Origin: an uncultured Aliarcobacter sp.
GTDB lineage: Bacteria > Campylobacterota > Campylobacteria > Campylobacterales > Arcobacteraceae
Assembly (NCBI GenBank): GCA_963664305.2
Contig: CAXXLV010000002.1
Location: 800,001-864,000 of the forward strand
DNA: 64,000 nucleotides
Reading direction: 5' to 3'
In this document: in pieces, positions 40,201 through 51,899 of the stretch
Position numbering within the stretch: the stretch's first letter is position 1
Layout of the letters: every line of letters starts with the position of its first letter
The notes under the pieces: generated by a model
Told to the model about the DNA's origin: nothing
What the model saw: only the letters and a program-made list of their open reading frames with translations
Database searches by the model: none
Program-made: the position numbers and the translations under genes

Positions 40201-42045
40201 TTATAAAACATATTGTTCTTTTACACTTTTTACATTTTCAACATAAGGTTTATTTATTTTTACAACATTAGGTAATTTTGCTAACTCTTCATAAGCTTCT
40301 TTTTTTGTATCAAAAGCACCATAAACAACTTTATATAACTCTTTTTTAGAATCTTTTGTCAGATATTTTATAGTATATACATTCTCACTATTTAAATGAC
40401 TTTCAGATAAAAACTGATTTAAACTATCTTTTGAAGCAAATGTAGCTACATTAATTGTAAATCCATTTTCTGCTTTCATAAATGAATTTGTTGAATTTTC
40501 ATTTGATGGAGTCACTACTTCATTAGTTGACGTTTCATTTTGTAATAAATCTTTTTCCGAAGAAATTTCATTTGTTTTTACAGGTTCAATAACTTTTTTT
40601 TCTTCTACAGCACAACCAAACATATCAACTTTCATTCCTAAAGAAGTATTATCACATAAGTCCATGCTATCATCAACTTTATCTTTATCTAAATCACTTC
40701 TATCTTGTAATTCATAATCTGTTGTATTTTCATGATTTGCAAGTACTGGTTTGTAATATTTAACTGCATCACCTTTATATAAAGAGTTTACTAATTCTCC
40801 CATTGCATCTAAAACTCTATATTTTGCAAATATTAAATCATAATTTGCAGTAATTAATTTATTTCTAGCTGATATATAATCATCTTGAGCTGTTAATAAA
40901 TCAATTAAAGTTCTAGTACCAGCTTCAAACTCTTCTTTATATAAATCTAAAGTTGCTTTACTTTGTTGTTGATATGATTGTAAAAATATAATTTGTTTTT
41001 GAAGCATTGTATATGCTGACCATGATAAATCCAATCCTTCAATAATTTGTCTTTTTATATCTCTTTGAGTTTCATACTCTTGTTTTATATTCATTTTGCT
41101 TTTTCTAACAGCATTAATATCAGCTTGTCCATTATATAAATTTTGTCTATAAACAATTAAAGCTGAATAATTTCTTTCATGACCTTGATCTCCACCAGTA
41201 TTTCTATCGTAGTTATATGCTAATTCAAAATCTACAGTTGGTGAGAATTTACTTCTACTTTGAACTAATTGAGCTTTTGCCGTTTCAATATTATAATTTG
41301 TAACAAGCATCGAAGGATTAAATTTAACCGCATGACTTAATGCTTCTTCTTTTGTTTTTGGTAAATCTAGATTTGAAGCAGGAAGAGTCAATTCATCTTT
41401 TGGAATTCTTTTACCAGTTAATTTTGCTAAATTAAACTGTGCATCCATTAAATTATTTTCTTGTGTTAAAAGATTAAATTCTGCTAATTGTAAACTAGAA
41501 TCAACTTTTTTTACATCAGAGATTAATCCAGAACCACCATCAGCTAAATTTTGAGTTTTTTCTAATATATCTCTTGTTAAAAGAACATTTTCTTTCTCTA
41601 ATTCATGTAATTCATTAAATTTTAATACATTTATATATTGTCTAATTAAATTGAAAGCAACATCATTTGTTTGTTCAACATAATTATAAGCTGCAGCCAT
41701 TACTCTTGCTTCTTCAAATTTAACTCTATATGTTGTATTTAAACCATTAAACAAATTTTGAGTTAATACTAAAGAGTTTCTATATGTGTGATAACCTACA
41801 TCATTTACTCCACCAACTTGTTCTAAAGTTTTTTCATAACCAAACTTTCCAACATAATCAAGTGTAGGTTGATACTCTGATTTTGCGATTTTTAAATCAT
41901 AAACTGTTTTTTCATAATTATTAAGTCTTTCTTGAATTAATGGGTTATTAACCAACACATCATCCAACACCTGATTTAGTTCAACTGCCGATAAAGTCGA
42001 AGCTAAAATAATTGATGAGAAAACTGATATACATACCTTTTTCAT
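40201..42045 (-). CDS. T1SS TolC/LapE-like outer membrane protein with a C-terminal SPOR-like domain
   Basis: OEP repeats (QNLFNG, GTRTLIDLL); DxDxD...C...GC linker; YKVVYGAFDTKKEA SPOR-like motif. Confidence 0.88.
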   Translation of the reverse strand: MKKVCISVFSSIILASTLSAVELNQVLDDVLVNNPLIQERLNNYEKTVYDLKIAKSEYQPTLDYVGKFGYEKTLEQVGGVNDVGYHTYRNSLVLTQNLFNGLNTTYRVKFEEARVMAAAYNYVEQTNDVAFNLIRQYINVLKFNELHELEKENVLLTRDILEKTQNLADGGSGLISDVKKVDSSLQLAEFNLLTQENNLMDAQFNLAKLTGKRIPKDELTLPASNLDLPKTKEEALSHAVKFNPSMLVTNYNIETAKAQLVQSRSKFSPTVDFELAYNYDRNTGGDQGHERNYSALIVYRQNLYNGQADINAVRKSKMNIKQEYETQRDIKRQIIEGLDLSWSAYTMLQKQIIFLQSYQQQSKATLDLYKEEFEAGTRTLIDLLTAQDDYISARNKLITANYDLIFAKYRVLDAMGELVNSLYKGDAVKYYKPVLANHENTTDYELQDRSDLDKDKVDDSMDLCDNTSLGMKVDMFGCAVEEKKVIEPVKTNEISSEKDLLQNETSTNEVVTPSNENSTNSFMKAENGFTINVATFASKDSLNQFLSESHLNSENVYTIKYLTKDSKKELYKVVYGAFDTKKEAYEELAKLPNVVKINKPYVENVKSVKEQYVL

Positions 42046-42279
42046 GACGTTCTCCTTTGTGTCTATAAAGCTATCATTACATAAGAATTATTAAACTAAT
42101 CTTATAAAAATAACTCAATATTACACTATTCTTACACTTTTTTTACATTTTTTAGTTATTTAATAAGATATTTAATTATTATATAAATTATTTATTTAAT
42201 AAGTTCTATTTAATAAAGTTTGTAATATAAATATAATTTATAATTTATTATTAAATATAATCTATACTTATAAGGTTTT

Positions 42280-43281
42280 TTGATGAAAAAGATTATTGTT
42301 ATTATTTCAAGCATCATTATTATTTTTCTAATTTTTCTAATTCTTTTTAATTATAAAAATTTTTTCAATAATTCACAAAATGAGTCAAAATACTATGGAA
42401 ATATAGATACAAGAACTGTAAAAGTTGGATTTAGATTTATAGGAAAAATAGAAAATATCACAAAAGATGAAGGTCAAAGTGTAAAAAAAGATGAAATTTT
42501 AGTTCAATTAGATAACTCAAGCTTAAAAAAATCACTTGAAGAAGTTGAAATAAATATAAATGCTTCAAATATTGAATTATCAAAATTAAAATCAGGTTAT
42601 AGATATGAAGAGATTTTAGAAGCAAAAGCTTCTGTTGATGAAGCACTTGCGAATCTAAATAAAGCAAATGATAATTTCATTAGACAAAAAAATCTATATA
42701 AAACAAAATCTACATCCCAAGAGAGTTATACTATTTCTGAATTAAACTATAATCTTGCACTTGCTTCTTTAAATAAAGCAAAAGCTGCTTATGAACTGAT
42801 GAAAAACGGTTATAGAAATGAAGATATAAAAATCCAAGAAGAAAAAATAAAAGCGTTAAAAGCTCAAAAAGAAAAATTAGAGATAGATATAAAAGATTCT
42901 ATTATAACTTCACCTATTAATGGTGTCATTCTTACAAGATATAAAGAAATTGGTTCAATTGCAACTGCTGGGGAAGCTATTTTAGAAATTGCCAAAAATG
43001 ATGAATTTTGGGTAAGAGCATATATAGATGAAAAAAGTTTAGGTGATATAAAACCAGGACTTAAAATGAAAGTTTTTAGTGATTCTAGAAAAGAACCTTA
43101 TGAAGGTTATATTGGATTTATTTCACCTGTTGCTGAATTTACTCCAAAAAATATAGAAACAGAAGAGTTAAGGGCTGATTTAGTTTATAGTTTTAGAGTT
43201 ATTGTTAAAAATATTGATGATAAACTAAGACAAGGAATGCCTGTAACTTTGGAAATAGCTGAAAATAATGCAAATAATTAA
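42280..43281 (+). CDS. HlyD-family adaptor (YbhG-like)
   Basis: YGNIDTR and ISPVAEFTPKNIET motifs. Confidence 0.85.
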   Translation: MMKKIIVIISSIIIIFLIFLILFNYKNFFNNSQNESKYYGNIDTRTVKVGFRFIGKIENITKDEGQSVKKDEILVQLDNSSLKKSLEEVEININASNIELSKLKSGYRYEEILEAKASVDEALANLNKANDNFIRQKNLYKTKSTSQESYTISELNYNLALASLNKAKAAYELMKNGYRNEDIKIQEEKIKALKAQKEKLEIDIKDSIITSPINGVILTRYKEIGSIATAGEAILEIAKNDEFWVRAYIDEKSLGDIKPGLKMKVFSDSRKEPYEGYIGFISPVAEFTPKNIETEELRADLVYSFRVIVKNIDDKLRQGMPVTLEIAENNANN

Positions 43282-44965
43282 TGCTATAGATTTAGAAAAA
43301 GAGTTTGAAAATACAAAGGCTATCAAAAAAATTAGTTTTTCTATAAAAAGTGGAAAAATCACGGGACTAGTTGGACCAGATGGTGCAGGAAAAACTACAC
43401 TTATTAGAATGCTTACGGGTCTTTTAACTCCAAGTTTTGGAAAACTTGATGTTTTAGAGTATCAAATGCCAAATACTTCAAGTGAATTTTTACAACAAAT
43501 TGGTTATATGCCACAAAAATTTGGTTTATATGAAGATTTAAGTGTTTATGAAAATTTAGAACTATATGCAAATTTACAAGCAATTGAAAATCATTCTTCA
43601 AGAATTGAAGAACTTTTGGAGTTTACAACTTTAAAAAAATTCAAAGATAGACTTGCTGGAAATTTATCTGGTGGAATGAAACAAAAACTTGGACTTGCAT
43701 GTGCACTAATTAAAAAACCGAAAATTCTTCTTTTAGATGAACCAGGAGTTGGTGTTGATCCAATATCTAGAATTGAACTTTGGCAAATGGTTCAAGAACT
43801 TTTAAAAGATGATATAGCTGTTGTTTGGAGCACATCTTATCTTGATGAAGCAGATATTTGTGATGAAATAATTTTACTAAATGAAGGAAGTTGTCTATAT
43901 CAAGGAACACCTAAAGATTTTAGAGAAACAATGAATGGAAGAGTTTTTTTAATAAGTGGAGAGTTTTTAAAAAAAAGAGAAGCTCTTACTACTATTTTGG
44001 AACAAGATGAGATTTTAGATGCTGTATTAGTTGGTTCAAAAATTAGAATAAATTTACAAAAAGATAAATTATTAAAAAAAGATATTTATTTTTCTTTAGG
44101 AAAAAATATAAAAATCGAACCAATAAATCCAATTTTTGAGGATGCATTTGTTGATATTTTAAATGAAAAAACAAAAGCTCACTCAAAACTTGTAAGAAAT
44201 ATGAAAAATATCGAACCATCAGATAAAAAACTTATAGAAGCAAAAAATCTAACAAAAAAATTTGGAGATTTTATTGCAACTAATAATATAGATTTTGAAA
44301 TAGGACAAGGTGAAATTTTTGGTTTTTTAGGACCAAATGGTGCAGGAAAATCTACAACTTTTAAAATGCTTTGTGGTTTATTAACCCCAACTTTTGGAAC
44401 TGCAAAAGTTTTAGATGAAGACTTATATAACTCAAAGGCAACTGTTAGAAATTCTATTGGATATATGGCACAAAAATTTTCTTTATATGGTAATTTAAAT
44501 ATCAAAGATAATTTAGAATTCTTTTCAGGAATTTACGGTTTAAAAGGTGAAAAAAGAAAAGAAAAAATAAAAGAGATGATAGAAATTTTTGATTTTAAAA
44601 ACTATTTACAAACAACTACTAACTCTTTACCACTTGGAATAAAACAAAGACTTGCCCTTGCATGTTCAGTGATGCATGAACCTAAAGTTTTATTTTTAGA
44701 TGAACCAACATCAGGAGTTGATCCAATTACAAGAAAAGAGTTTTGGATACATATAAATAGTTTGGTTAAAAAAGGTGTTTCTGTTATGGTAACAACTCAT
44801 TTTATGGATGAAGCAGAATATTGCGATAAAATTATGCTTATATATAAAGGAAAAGCCATTGCAAATGGAACTCCTGATGAACTAAAAAACTTAGTTGGTT
44901 CACAAGCTTCCATGCAAGATACTTTTATCTCTTTAATCAAACAATATGATGAAGAAGAAAAATGA
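43268..44965 (+). CDS. ABC transporter with two ATPase domains (YbhF-like)
   Basis: GPDGAGKT and GPNGAGKS Walker A motifs; LSGGM. Confidence 0.9.
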   Translation: MQIINAIDLEKEFENTKAIKKISFSIKSGKITGLVGPDGAGKTTLIRMLTGLLTPSFGKLDVLEYQMPNTSSEFLQQIGYMPQKFGLYEDLSVYENLELYANLQAIENHSSRIEELLEFTTLKKFKDRLAGNLSGGMKQKLGLACALIKKPKILLLDEPGVGVDPISRIELWQMVQELLKDDIAVVWSTSYLDEADICDEIILLNEGSCLYQGTPKDFRETMNGRVFLISGEFLKKREALTTILEQDEILDAVLVGSKIRINLQKDKLLKKDIYFSLGKNIKIEPINPIFEDAFVDILNEKTKAHSKLVRNMKNIEPSDKKLIEAKNLTKKFGDFIATNNIDFEIGQGEIFGFLGPNGAGKSTTFKMLCGLLTPTFGTAKVLDEDLYNSKATVRNSIGYMAQKFSLYGNLNIKDNLEFFSGIYGLKGEKRKEKIKEMIEIFDFKNYLQTTTNSLPLGIKQRLALACSVMHEPKVLFLDEPTSGVDPITRKEFWIHINSLVKKGVSVMVTTHFMDEAEYCDKIMLIYKGKAIANGTPDELKNLVGSQASMQDTFISLIKQYDEEEK

Positions 44966-46050
44966 ATTTAAAAAGATTAAAAGCATTATTTAAAAAAGAG
45001 GCTTTACAAATATTTCGAGATCCAAGCTCTATTTTAATAGCTTTTATTTTACCACTTATTCTACTTTTTTTGATGGGTTATGCAGTTTCTTTAGATGCTA
45101 GAAAAATTCCTATTGCAATAATTTCAAAAAGTAATAGTGAACTATCACAAAAGTTAATCTCTTCTTTTATTAGCTCTCGTTATTTTGAAGTTGATTTAGA
45201 TAAAAATAAAGATAAATATATTCAAGCTATGCAAGAAGGAAAAATCAAAGCAATTCTTAGTTTAAATAATGATTTTGGGAAAAACAACAATTTTGATATA
45301 CAAGTAATAACTGATGGAACTGAACCAAATAGTGCTGGTCTTGTACAAAACTATGTAAATGGTGTTGTAAAACTTTGGGCTAAAAATAATAATATAGTAA
45401 ATAAAGAAAATATTCAACTACAAACTCGTTTTTGGTTTAATGCTCCTGTTTCTAGTAGATATTTTTTACTTCCTGGTTCTATTGCTGTTATTATGACTTT
45501 GATAGGAACACTTCTTACTGCTCTTGTGATTGCTAGAGAATGGGAAAGAGGAACTATGGAAGCACTTATGGCAACACCTGCAACTATGAGTGAAATTATT
45601 GTTGGTAAATTAATCCCCTATTTTATCCTTGGAATGTTTTCTATGCTTTTATGTTTTGTTGTTGCATATTTTTGGTATAAAATACCATTTATGGGAAGTT
45701 TTTGGATACTATTAATACTAAGTGCAATTTATCTGTTTTCATCTTTAAGTATTGGTTTACTTATTTCAACAACTGCAAAAAATCAATTTGTTGCAGCTCA
45801 AATATCTATAATTGCTGGTTTTTTACCAGCATTTTTATTATCAGGATTTTTATTTGAAATAGGAAATATGCCATCATGGCTTCAAACTTTAACTTTGATT
45901 GTTCCAGCTAGATATTTTGTAGAATCTTTGCAAACTATATTTTTAGCAGGAAATATTTATGAGATATTTATTTCAAATATTATTTCTATGATTTTAATAG
46001 GTGCTTTTTTCTTTTTATTAGTTTTGAAAAAGTCAAAAAAAGGTTTATAA
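44962..46050 (+). CDS. ABC-2 permease (YbhS-like)
   Basis: AREWERGTME motif and multiple TM segments. Confidence 0.88.
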   Translation: MNLKRLKALFKKEALQIFRDPSSILIAFILPLILLFLMGYAVSLDARKIPIAIISKSNSELSQKLISSFISSRYFEVDLDKNKDKYIQAMQEGKIKAILSLNNDFGKNNNFDIQVITDGTEPNSAGLVQNYVNGVVKLWAKNNNIVNKENIQLQTRFWFNAPVSSRYFLLPGSIAVIMTLIGTLLTALVIAREWERGTMEALMATPATMSEIIVGKLIPYFILGMFSMLLCFVVAYFWYKIPFMGSFWILLILSAIYLFSSLSIGLLISTTAKNQFVAAQISIIAGFLPAFLLSGFLFEIGNMPSWLQTLTLIVPARYFVESLQTIFLAGNIYEIFISNIISMILIGAFFFLLVLKKSKKGL

Positions 46051-47142
46051 ATGTTACAAAGATTATTGGCTTTGATAAAAAAAGAGATTTTAGCCATAAA
46101 AAATGATAAAAAAAGTCTAATGGTTGTTATTCTTCCACCACTTGTTCAAGTGGTTATTTTTTCTTTTGCTGCAACTTTAGAAGTAAAAAATATAGATTTA
46201 GTTTTATTAAATCAAGATGGAAGTCAAAAAAGTCAAGAATTAATAAGAAATTTTCAAGGCTCATCATATATAAAATCATTAAATTTTGTAAAAAGTTATG
46301 AAGAAGGAAAAGAAAAAATAGATATTCAAGATGCTATAGGATTTTTAGTAATCCCAAGTGATTTTGCAAAAGATTTACAAAATGGAAGCTCAAATATACA
46401 ACTTATTCTTGATGGAAGACGCTCAAATACTTCACAAATAGTTGAAGGTTATATAAATCAAATAATTTTAAATAGCTTTAAAAAAGATGAAAATATTTCA
46501 AAAATAAATATTATCTCAAGAAACTTTTACAATCCAAATTTAGATAATTTTTGGTGGATAGTTCCCTCTTTATTTGGTTCTATTTCTATGGTTGTTGCGA
46601 TGCTTTTAACTGCATTATCAATTGCAAGAGAAAAAGAGTTAGGAACTTTTGAACAAATTTTAGTTTCTCCTTTAAACTCTTTTGAAATTCTTTTGGGAAA
46701 ACTTTTACCTGCACTTCTTATTAGTATAGTTGAATCTAGTTTTATTTTATTTATAGCTATTTTTTTATTTGGTGTTCCATTAAATGGCTCAATTTGGCTT
46801 TTATATTTAAGTGTTGTTGTATTTTTATTTTCTATGTCAGGTGTTGGATTATTTATCTCTTCAATTTCAAAGACTCAACAGCAAGCTATTTTAGGAAGTT
46901 TTGTGGTGATGTTACCCTCTTTTTTACTTTCAGGTTTTGCAACACCAATTTCAAATATGCCTTCATGGTTACAACCTTTTACAAATATAATTCCTTTAAA
47001 ATATTATCTTGAACTTATAAAAGGTGTATTTCTAAAAGATATTAGTTTTTCTATTGCTTTAAATAGTTTAACTCCAATGTTTTTCTTTGGTGTAATTTCT
47101 TTATATGGAACTATACTTTTTTTCAAAAATAAAAGGTCATAA
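46051..47142 (+). CDS. ABC-2 permease (YbhR-like)
   Basis: AREKELGTFEQ motif and multiple TM segments. Confidence 0.88.
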   Translation: MLQRLLALIKKEILAIKNDKKSLMVVILPPLVQVVIFSFAATLEVKNIDLVLLNQDGSQKSQELIRNFQGSSYIKSLNFVKSYEEGKEKIDIQDAIGFLVIPSDFAKDLQNGSSNIQLILDGRRSNTSQIVEGYINQIILNSFKKDENISKINIISRNFYNPNLDNFWWIVPSLFGSISMVVAMLLTALSIAREKELGTFEQILVSPLNSFEILLGKLLPALLISIVESSFILFIAIFLFGVPLNGSIWLLYLSVVVFLFSMSGVGLFISSISKTQQQAILGSFVVMLPSFLLSGFATPISNMPSWLQPFTNIIPLKYYLELIKGVFLKDISFSIALNSLTPMFFFGVISLYGTILFFKNKRS

Positions 47143-47148
47143 GACCTT

Positions 47149-48285
47149 TTATTTAACTCTAAATAATTGAAGAGTTCCAGCTCCTACATCTCCATCAGGA
47201 AGTGTAATAGTTGTAATTTTTTCTAAAGTATCTGGATTATAAACCGCTATATCATTAAAAGTTCCACCTAAATAGATTTTAGAACCATCTGTTGCAAAAT
47301 TTATACAATAGTATGAATGGTCTAATAAAACTCTTTTAATAACTTTTTGATTTTTTCTATCAAATTTTGTTAAATCAGTTAATACTCCATATAAAATATT
47401 TGTATCTTTTGGATGTGTCATACCTGTAAACATAACTGTTTCAAGTGGTGCAAAATCTTCTTGAACAATTTCATTTGTTTTTAAATCAACTCTTGTTGCA
47501 CCCCAAACAAACTCGGTTTCATCCATATTCATTTTATCATTTGGGAATTTTGCAGCTGTATACATAAGTAAAAACTCTTTTGATACATTTCCAATTGGCC
47601 ACATTGCTAAAACATCAGCAGAAGAATAATTTGCTCTATCCCAATTTCTTAATTTTGCAGCAATTGAAAACTCTTTTTTCTCTGGATTTATTTTATATAC
47701 ATTTGAACCAGATGCATATAAAGTCCCATCATCAGCAGTTGCCATAACTGTGATTTGTCTTGGTGCTTTAAAACTATCTATTGGTTTAGCATCTATTCCA
47801 TCACTTGTATTAAACGTTTTAAATACTGGGTCAAGAACTTTATATCTATCATTTAACATTTGTGTTGGATTTGAAATAGTATAAAGTTTTTTCCCATCTG
47901 GACTTAAAGTAAATGAGAAAATAGACATTGCTCTTACATTATCATGAGAGAATTTTGCTCTAAATGTATTTTCACAACTATTTAAATCATATCCGTAAAC
48001 TGCTCCCCAATTATCTTGTAAAATATAAGCTGTATCACCTTTAGGAGAAATCATCATTCCTCCACTCATATAATCACCTTGTAATTTACAAGTTTTGTAA
48101 AGTTTATTTGTAGTTGAATCTACAATATGTAACTCATTTTTTCTACTAACTGTTGCTAAATAATCTCTATCTTTTTCTAATTTTAAATTTTGAGTATCAC
48201 TTGTTGGAGTATTTGGTTGTGTTAAACTACAACCTGTTATGAACATACTTAAAACAAATGAACTAAATAGTGAAACTTTTTTCAT
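47149..48285 (-). CDS. qhpB: Quinohemoprotein amine dehydrogenase beta subunit
   Basis: Beta-propeller-like protein with HSYYCINF...IYLGGT; operon position; lipobox-like ITGC. Confidence 0.85.
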   Translation of the reverse strand: MKKVSLFSSFVLSMFITGCSLTQPNTPTSDTQNLKLEKDRDYLATVSRKNELHIVDSTTNKLYKTCKLQGDYMSGGMMISPKGDTAYILQDNWGAVYGYDLNSCENTFRAKFSHDNVRAMSIFSFTLSPDGKKLYTISNPTQMLNDRYKVLDPVFKTFNTSDGIDAKPIDSFKAPRQITVMATADDGTLYASGSNVYKINPEKKEFSIAAKLRNWDRANYSSADVLAMWPIGNVSKEFLLMYTAAKFPNDKMNMDETEFVWGATRVDLKTNEIVQEDFAPLETVMFTGMTHPKDTNILYGVLTDLTKFDRKNQKVIKRVLLDHSYYCINFATDGSKIYLGGTFNDIAVYNPDTLEKITTITLPDGDVGAGTLQLFRVK

Positions 48286-48296
48286 TTTAAAACCTC

Positions 48297-48620
48297 TTAT
48301 TTATCATCTATTGGAAAAACTGAACTTAAATTTCTCCAATCTTTTGAACTTGCTGGTGATTTTGAACTCCATCCTGGATTATTCATAGTATCTGGAACTT
48401 GTGTTGGCCACCAACAAGGATCTGAACAACCATATAAATCTGCTTCCATTGGCTGACAAAGTCCCGCTACTCCACCAAATGCATCAACTTCCCAACCTGG
48501 GTCAAAAGTACTTGTACATCCAACAATACTTTGCATTGCAACAACTTCTTTTTCTCTTCCATCTTTTATAGATTTATTTAATAAATCTGCTTTTGGATTT
48601 AAAGGTTTAAATAAGCCCAT
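48297..48620 (-). CDS. qhpC: Quinohemoprotein amine dehydrogenase gamma subunit (CTQ precursor)
   Basis: [11 protein letters not shown]...[24 protein letters not shown]. Confidence 0.95.
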   Translation of the reverse strand: MGLFKPLNPKADLLNKSIKDGREKEVVAMQSIVGCTSTFDPGWEVDAFGGVAGLCQPMEADLYGCSDPCWWPTQVPDTMNNPGWSSKSPASSKDWRNLSSVFPIDDK

Positions 48621-50007
48621 TTACATCTCCTTTTTCTTCTTTAAAATACAAATCAAAAAACTTTGGATTATTATTTCTAATTTTTGAATAAGCATATAAT
48701 CCAAAATCTATCCAGTCTCTCATAATATCGCAGTAATGAAGCACCGCTTTTGTAGGGTCGTTGTATCTAATATAACTTTCATGATAACAACCTCCCGCAC
48801 ATAAATTTCTAATATGACAAGTTGAACAATCCCCATCATTTTTATTTAATCTTTTTTCAATAAAGTTTGATAGTTTTGGTTTATCTAATCCTGTTTTTAT
48901 ATTTCCAAAATTACCAAAATCACTTCCAGTAAATCTATGGCATAAATCAAAATTTCCATCATAACTAACTGATAATAACCCAACACCTGCACCACAAGGA
49001 AGTTTTTTCTTTCTTCCTGCATGAATATCGCCAAGTAATCTATGTAGATTTGAGAAACCATTAAATTCATCTTTTAAAGCTGAATCTATATATTTTTCTC
49101 CCATCTCTTTGAAACCCTCAAATACTTTTAAAAGTTCAAATTCACTTAGATTAAACATAGCGTTATCACTTGCAGTTGCTGGTGCAAATCCAACTTCTGT
49201 AAATTTTAGTTCATTATATAGATGGTCCCAAATTTCTTCAATCTGAGTAACTCCGCGCGTTAGTGTTACTCTTGCACCTATTGGTCTATCGTTATATAAA
49301 CTTAAAAGCATTTCTACTTTTTTTCTAACTGTTTCATAACTTCCAGTTCCAGCATTTGTAAGTCTAGTTTTATTGTGTATTGCTTTTGGTCCATCAATAC
49401 TAATTGTAATTCCAAACTTATAATCTTTTAAAAACTCTATTATCTCTTTTGTTAATAAAGTTGCATTTGTTGTCATTGTAAAATCAACAAGTGCATTTTT
49501 CTCTTTGAAAAATTTAACCGCAAAAGTTGTAACTTCTTTAATCAAAGCAAAATTGCTCAAAGGCTCTCCACCAAAAAAAGTTACATTATAAACTTTTTGA
49601 TTAGCTGCCCCTGCATAAAGCTGTTCAATTGCAGCAGTTGCAGTTTCAAAACTCATATTTCCACTATTTTTCAAAGTAGTTAAATCTGCTTTATAACAAT
49701 AAGTACAACTAAGATTACAACCTGATGCTACATTTAAAATAAGTGTAGTTGCAGGAAAGTTTTTAACTTCTATATACTCTTGTTTTTCGATATTTCCAAT
49801 GATATTTAGTTTTTCTAACTCAACTAATTCTTCTTTGGAAAAATCAGTTATTTTAGACTCTTTATTATCTAATCTATTTAACAACTTCTCATTTGTTTCA
49901 TCAATTTCAAAAAGTGAAGTTGTTGGTACATGAAAAAGTAAATTCTCATTATCTTTTTTAACAATTCTAAAATTTTGTCTATTTACTTTAAACTCATTAT
50001 TACTCAT
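48607..50007 (-). CDS. qhpD: Radical SAM/SPASM thioether-forming maturase
   Basis: [18 protein letters not shown] and CxxCxxxxxCxxxC motifs. Confidence 0.92.
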   Translation of the reverse strand: MSNNEFKVNRQNFRIVKKDNENLLFHVPTTSLFEIDETNEKLLNRLDNKESKITDFSKEELVELEKLNIIGNIEKQEYIEVKNFPATTLILNVASGCNLSCTYCYKADLTTLKNSGNMSFETATAAIEQLYAGAANQKVYNVTFFGGEPLSNFALIKEVTTFAVKFFKEKNALVDFTMTTNATLLTKEIIEFLKDYKFGITISIDGPKAIHNKTRLTNAGTGSYETVRKKVEMLLSLYNDRPIGARVTLTRGVTQIEEIWDHLYNELKFTEVGFAPATASDNAMFNLSEFELLKVFEGFKEMGEKYIDSALKDEFNGFSNLHRLLGDIHAGRKKKLPCGAGVGLLSVSYDGNFDLCHRFTGSDFGNFGNIKTGLDKPKLSNFIEKRLNKNDGDCSTCHIRNLCAGGCYHESYIRYNDPTKAVLHYCDIMRDWIDFGLYAYSKIRNNNPKFFDLYFKEEKGDVNGLI

Positions 50008-50016
50008 AATTAACTC

Positions 50017-51597
50017 CTAATTAATTGGAGGATTTACCCATTTTTGAACTGTAACCATCATATGAGAATCTGCTTTATATGTTTCAACACCATCTTTATA
50101 AGTTGCTACAACTTTTATATTTCCAGCATTATTTGTACTAAATTTTCGCAAACTATTTGGTCCAGCAAATGATGGAGTAAATTTCCCACTAAATGCATCA
50201 ATTTTTCCTACATATTTAACATCTTCATCTTCAATAGCTCTTTCATCAAAAGCCTCTATATTCCATTTTGCGTTTACTTTTCCAATACTTATATCATCAG
50301 TTGTTCCAATTTTTCCATCAGTACCTGCTAATAATCCAATTGCTTCAAAGTTTGCATATTGTTTTGGCATAGCTCCACCACCATCACCAACTCTTGAGAT
50401 TGCATAATCTGGAACTATTTTTAAAGCATCAATTTTTTTATAAACTACTAACTCTTTTTCAAATGTTTTAGAATCAAAAGTCAAATCAATTTGTTTTACA
50501 TCATATTTTGAACTAGCAGTTACATCTAAAACTACTTTAGTTGATGATTTTTCAATTACTTTATTGATTTTTAAACCATTTGATAATTTAATATTTTTAT
50601 CTAAATTATTTCCAATTATTGTTATTGTCTCACTAGTACCAGCTTTTACTGAAATTGGTGAAACACCTAAAACTGAAGTTTCTTTATCACTATTTTTTGC
50701 ACCTTTTACAAAAGAGTATTCTTCAGGATGTAAAGTTTCAAACATACTTCCAGCTAAAGCTAAAGTTTGTGGATTTACTGCAAATATTTGATTATATGAA
50801 ATACCATTTACATCTAATTTTGCTCTAAATTCATATCCACTATAAACAATCGCACTTCCAGTTGCTTTTAGCTCTCTACCATCAACAAAATTTCCATCTA
50901 ATGTTAAACTATAATTATCTTTAGATGTTTTTGTCAATTTTAAAGTTGCACTAAAATCACCATCACCAAGTTTATGTCCAAATAGAGTCCAACTACCTTC
51001 AAAATCAATTGCTTTTAGTTCAAATTTTTTGTCATTTCCAAAATTTTCTGATAAATATGGAACAATTTGTTTTTGTGCAATATCTAACCAATCTCTATCT
51101 CTTGCAAGTGCTTGATACTCTAAAGTTGGGAATTTTCCTAAATGGAAATTAACTAAATTATCCCACTCACCTTGCGTTCTTCTTTGTAAACCAACTCTTG
51201 CTCCACTATGACATCTTGCACACATTTCTACAAATAATGAATCATTTATGTTTTCTTGAAAGTTTGGAGTTTTTTCTAGAATATATCTAAAATTTTCACT
51301 CTCATTATAATTTAACCCCTGTGTATCTGAAAGATATTTCACAACACTTTGCTCTTGTTCTTTTGTTAGAATCAATCCATGGTCTTTTTGCATTCTATTA
51401 ACTGTCATAAACCATCCCTCAGGTGTTTTTCTTTGATCAGAAATCCTACTAAAACCTTGAGGAGTTAATGTATGACATGCAGTACATTTTGTTTCTATTA
51501 TTGTTTTTGCATCAATATCTTGCGCATTTAAACCTATTGTCCCTACCAAAAGACCAATACTAACTTTTAGCATTGAATTTAAACTTTTAGTCTTCAA
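50017..51597 (-). CDS. qhpA: Quinohemoprotein amine dehydrogenase alpha subunit (diheme)
   Basis: CTACH and CARCH heme motifs, RKTPEGW; TTG start at 51597 after AAGGAG is preferred over 51624. Confidence 0.92.
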   Translation of the reverse strand: MKTKSLNSMLKVSIGLLVGTIGLNAQDIDAKTIIETKCTACHTLTPQGFSRISDQRKTPEGWFMTVNRMQKDHGLILTKEQEQSVVKYLSDTQGLNYNESENFRYILEKTPNFQENINDSLFVEMCARCHSGARVGLQRRTQGEWDNLVNFHLGKFPTLEYQALARDRDWLDIAQKQIVPYLSENFGNDKKFELKAIDFEGSWTLFGHKLGDGDFSATLKLTKTSKDNYSLTLDGNFVDGRELKATGSAIVYSGYEFRAKLDVNGISYNQIFAVNPQTLALAGSMFETLHPEEYSFVKGAKNSDKETSVLGVSPISVKAGTSETITIIGNNLDKNIKLSNGLKINKVIEKSSTKVVLDVTASSKYDVKQIDLTFDSKTFEKELVVYKKIDALKIVPDYAISRVGDGGGAMPKQYANFEAIGLLAGTDGKIGTTDDISIGKVNAKWNIEAFDERAIEDEDVKYVGKIDAFSGKFTPSFAGPNSLRKFSTNNAGNIKVVATYKDGVETYKADSHMMVTVQKWVNPPIN

Positions 51598-51899
51598 GTT
51601 ATCTCCTTTATTTCTTTTTATCAACCCAAATTGATAAACGAATTATAAAAACTTAGAAAAATAAAGTATAGAAAGAAAACGACATTTTTGTATATTTTTT
51701 ATACATATAATATATTTACATTTTAAATAATTTTTTAGAACATATTTTGCTCATTTTTTTCTTGTTTTTGTAAAAAAACGACAGATTAGGAAGAATTGCT
51801 AAAATAAGGCTCTTTTTTTGAACTTTTTTTAAACATTGAACATCTTTAAAATATTTTTTAGCCAAGTTATACTTTGCTCATCTAAAACAAAGGAAGAGA

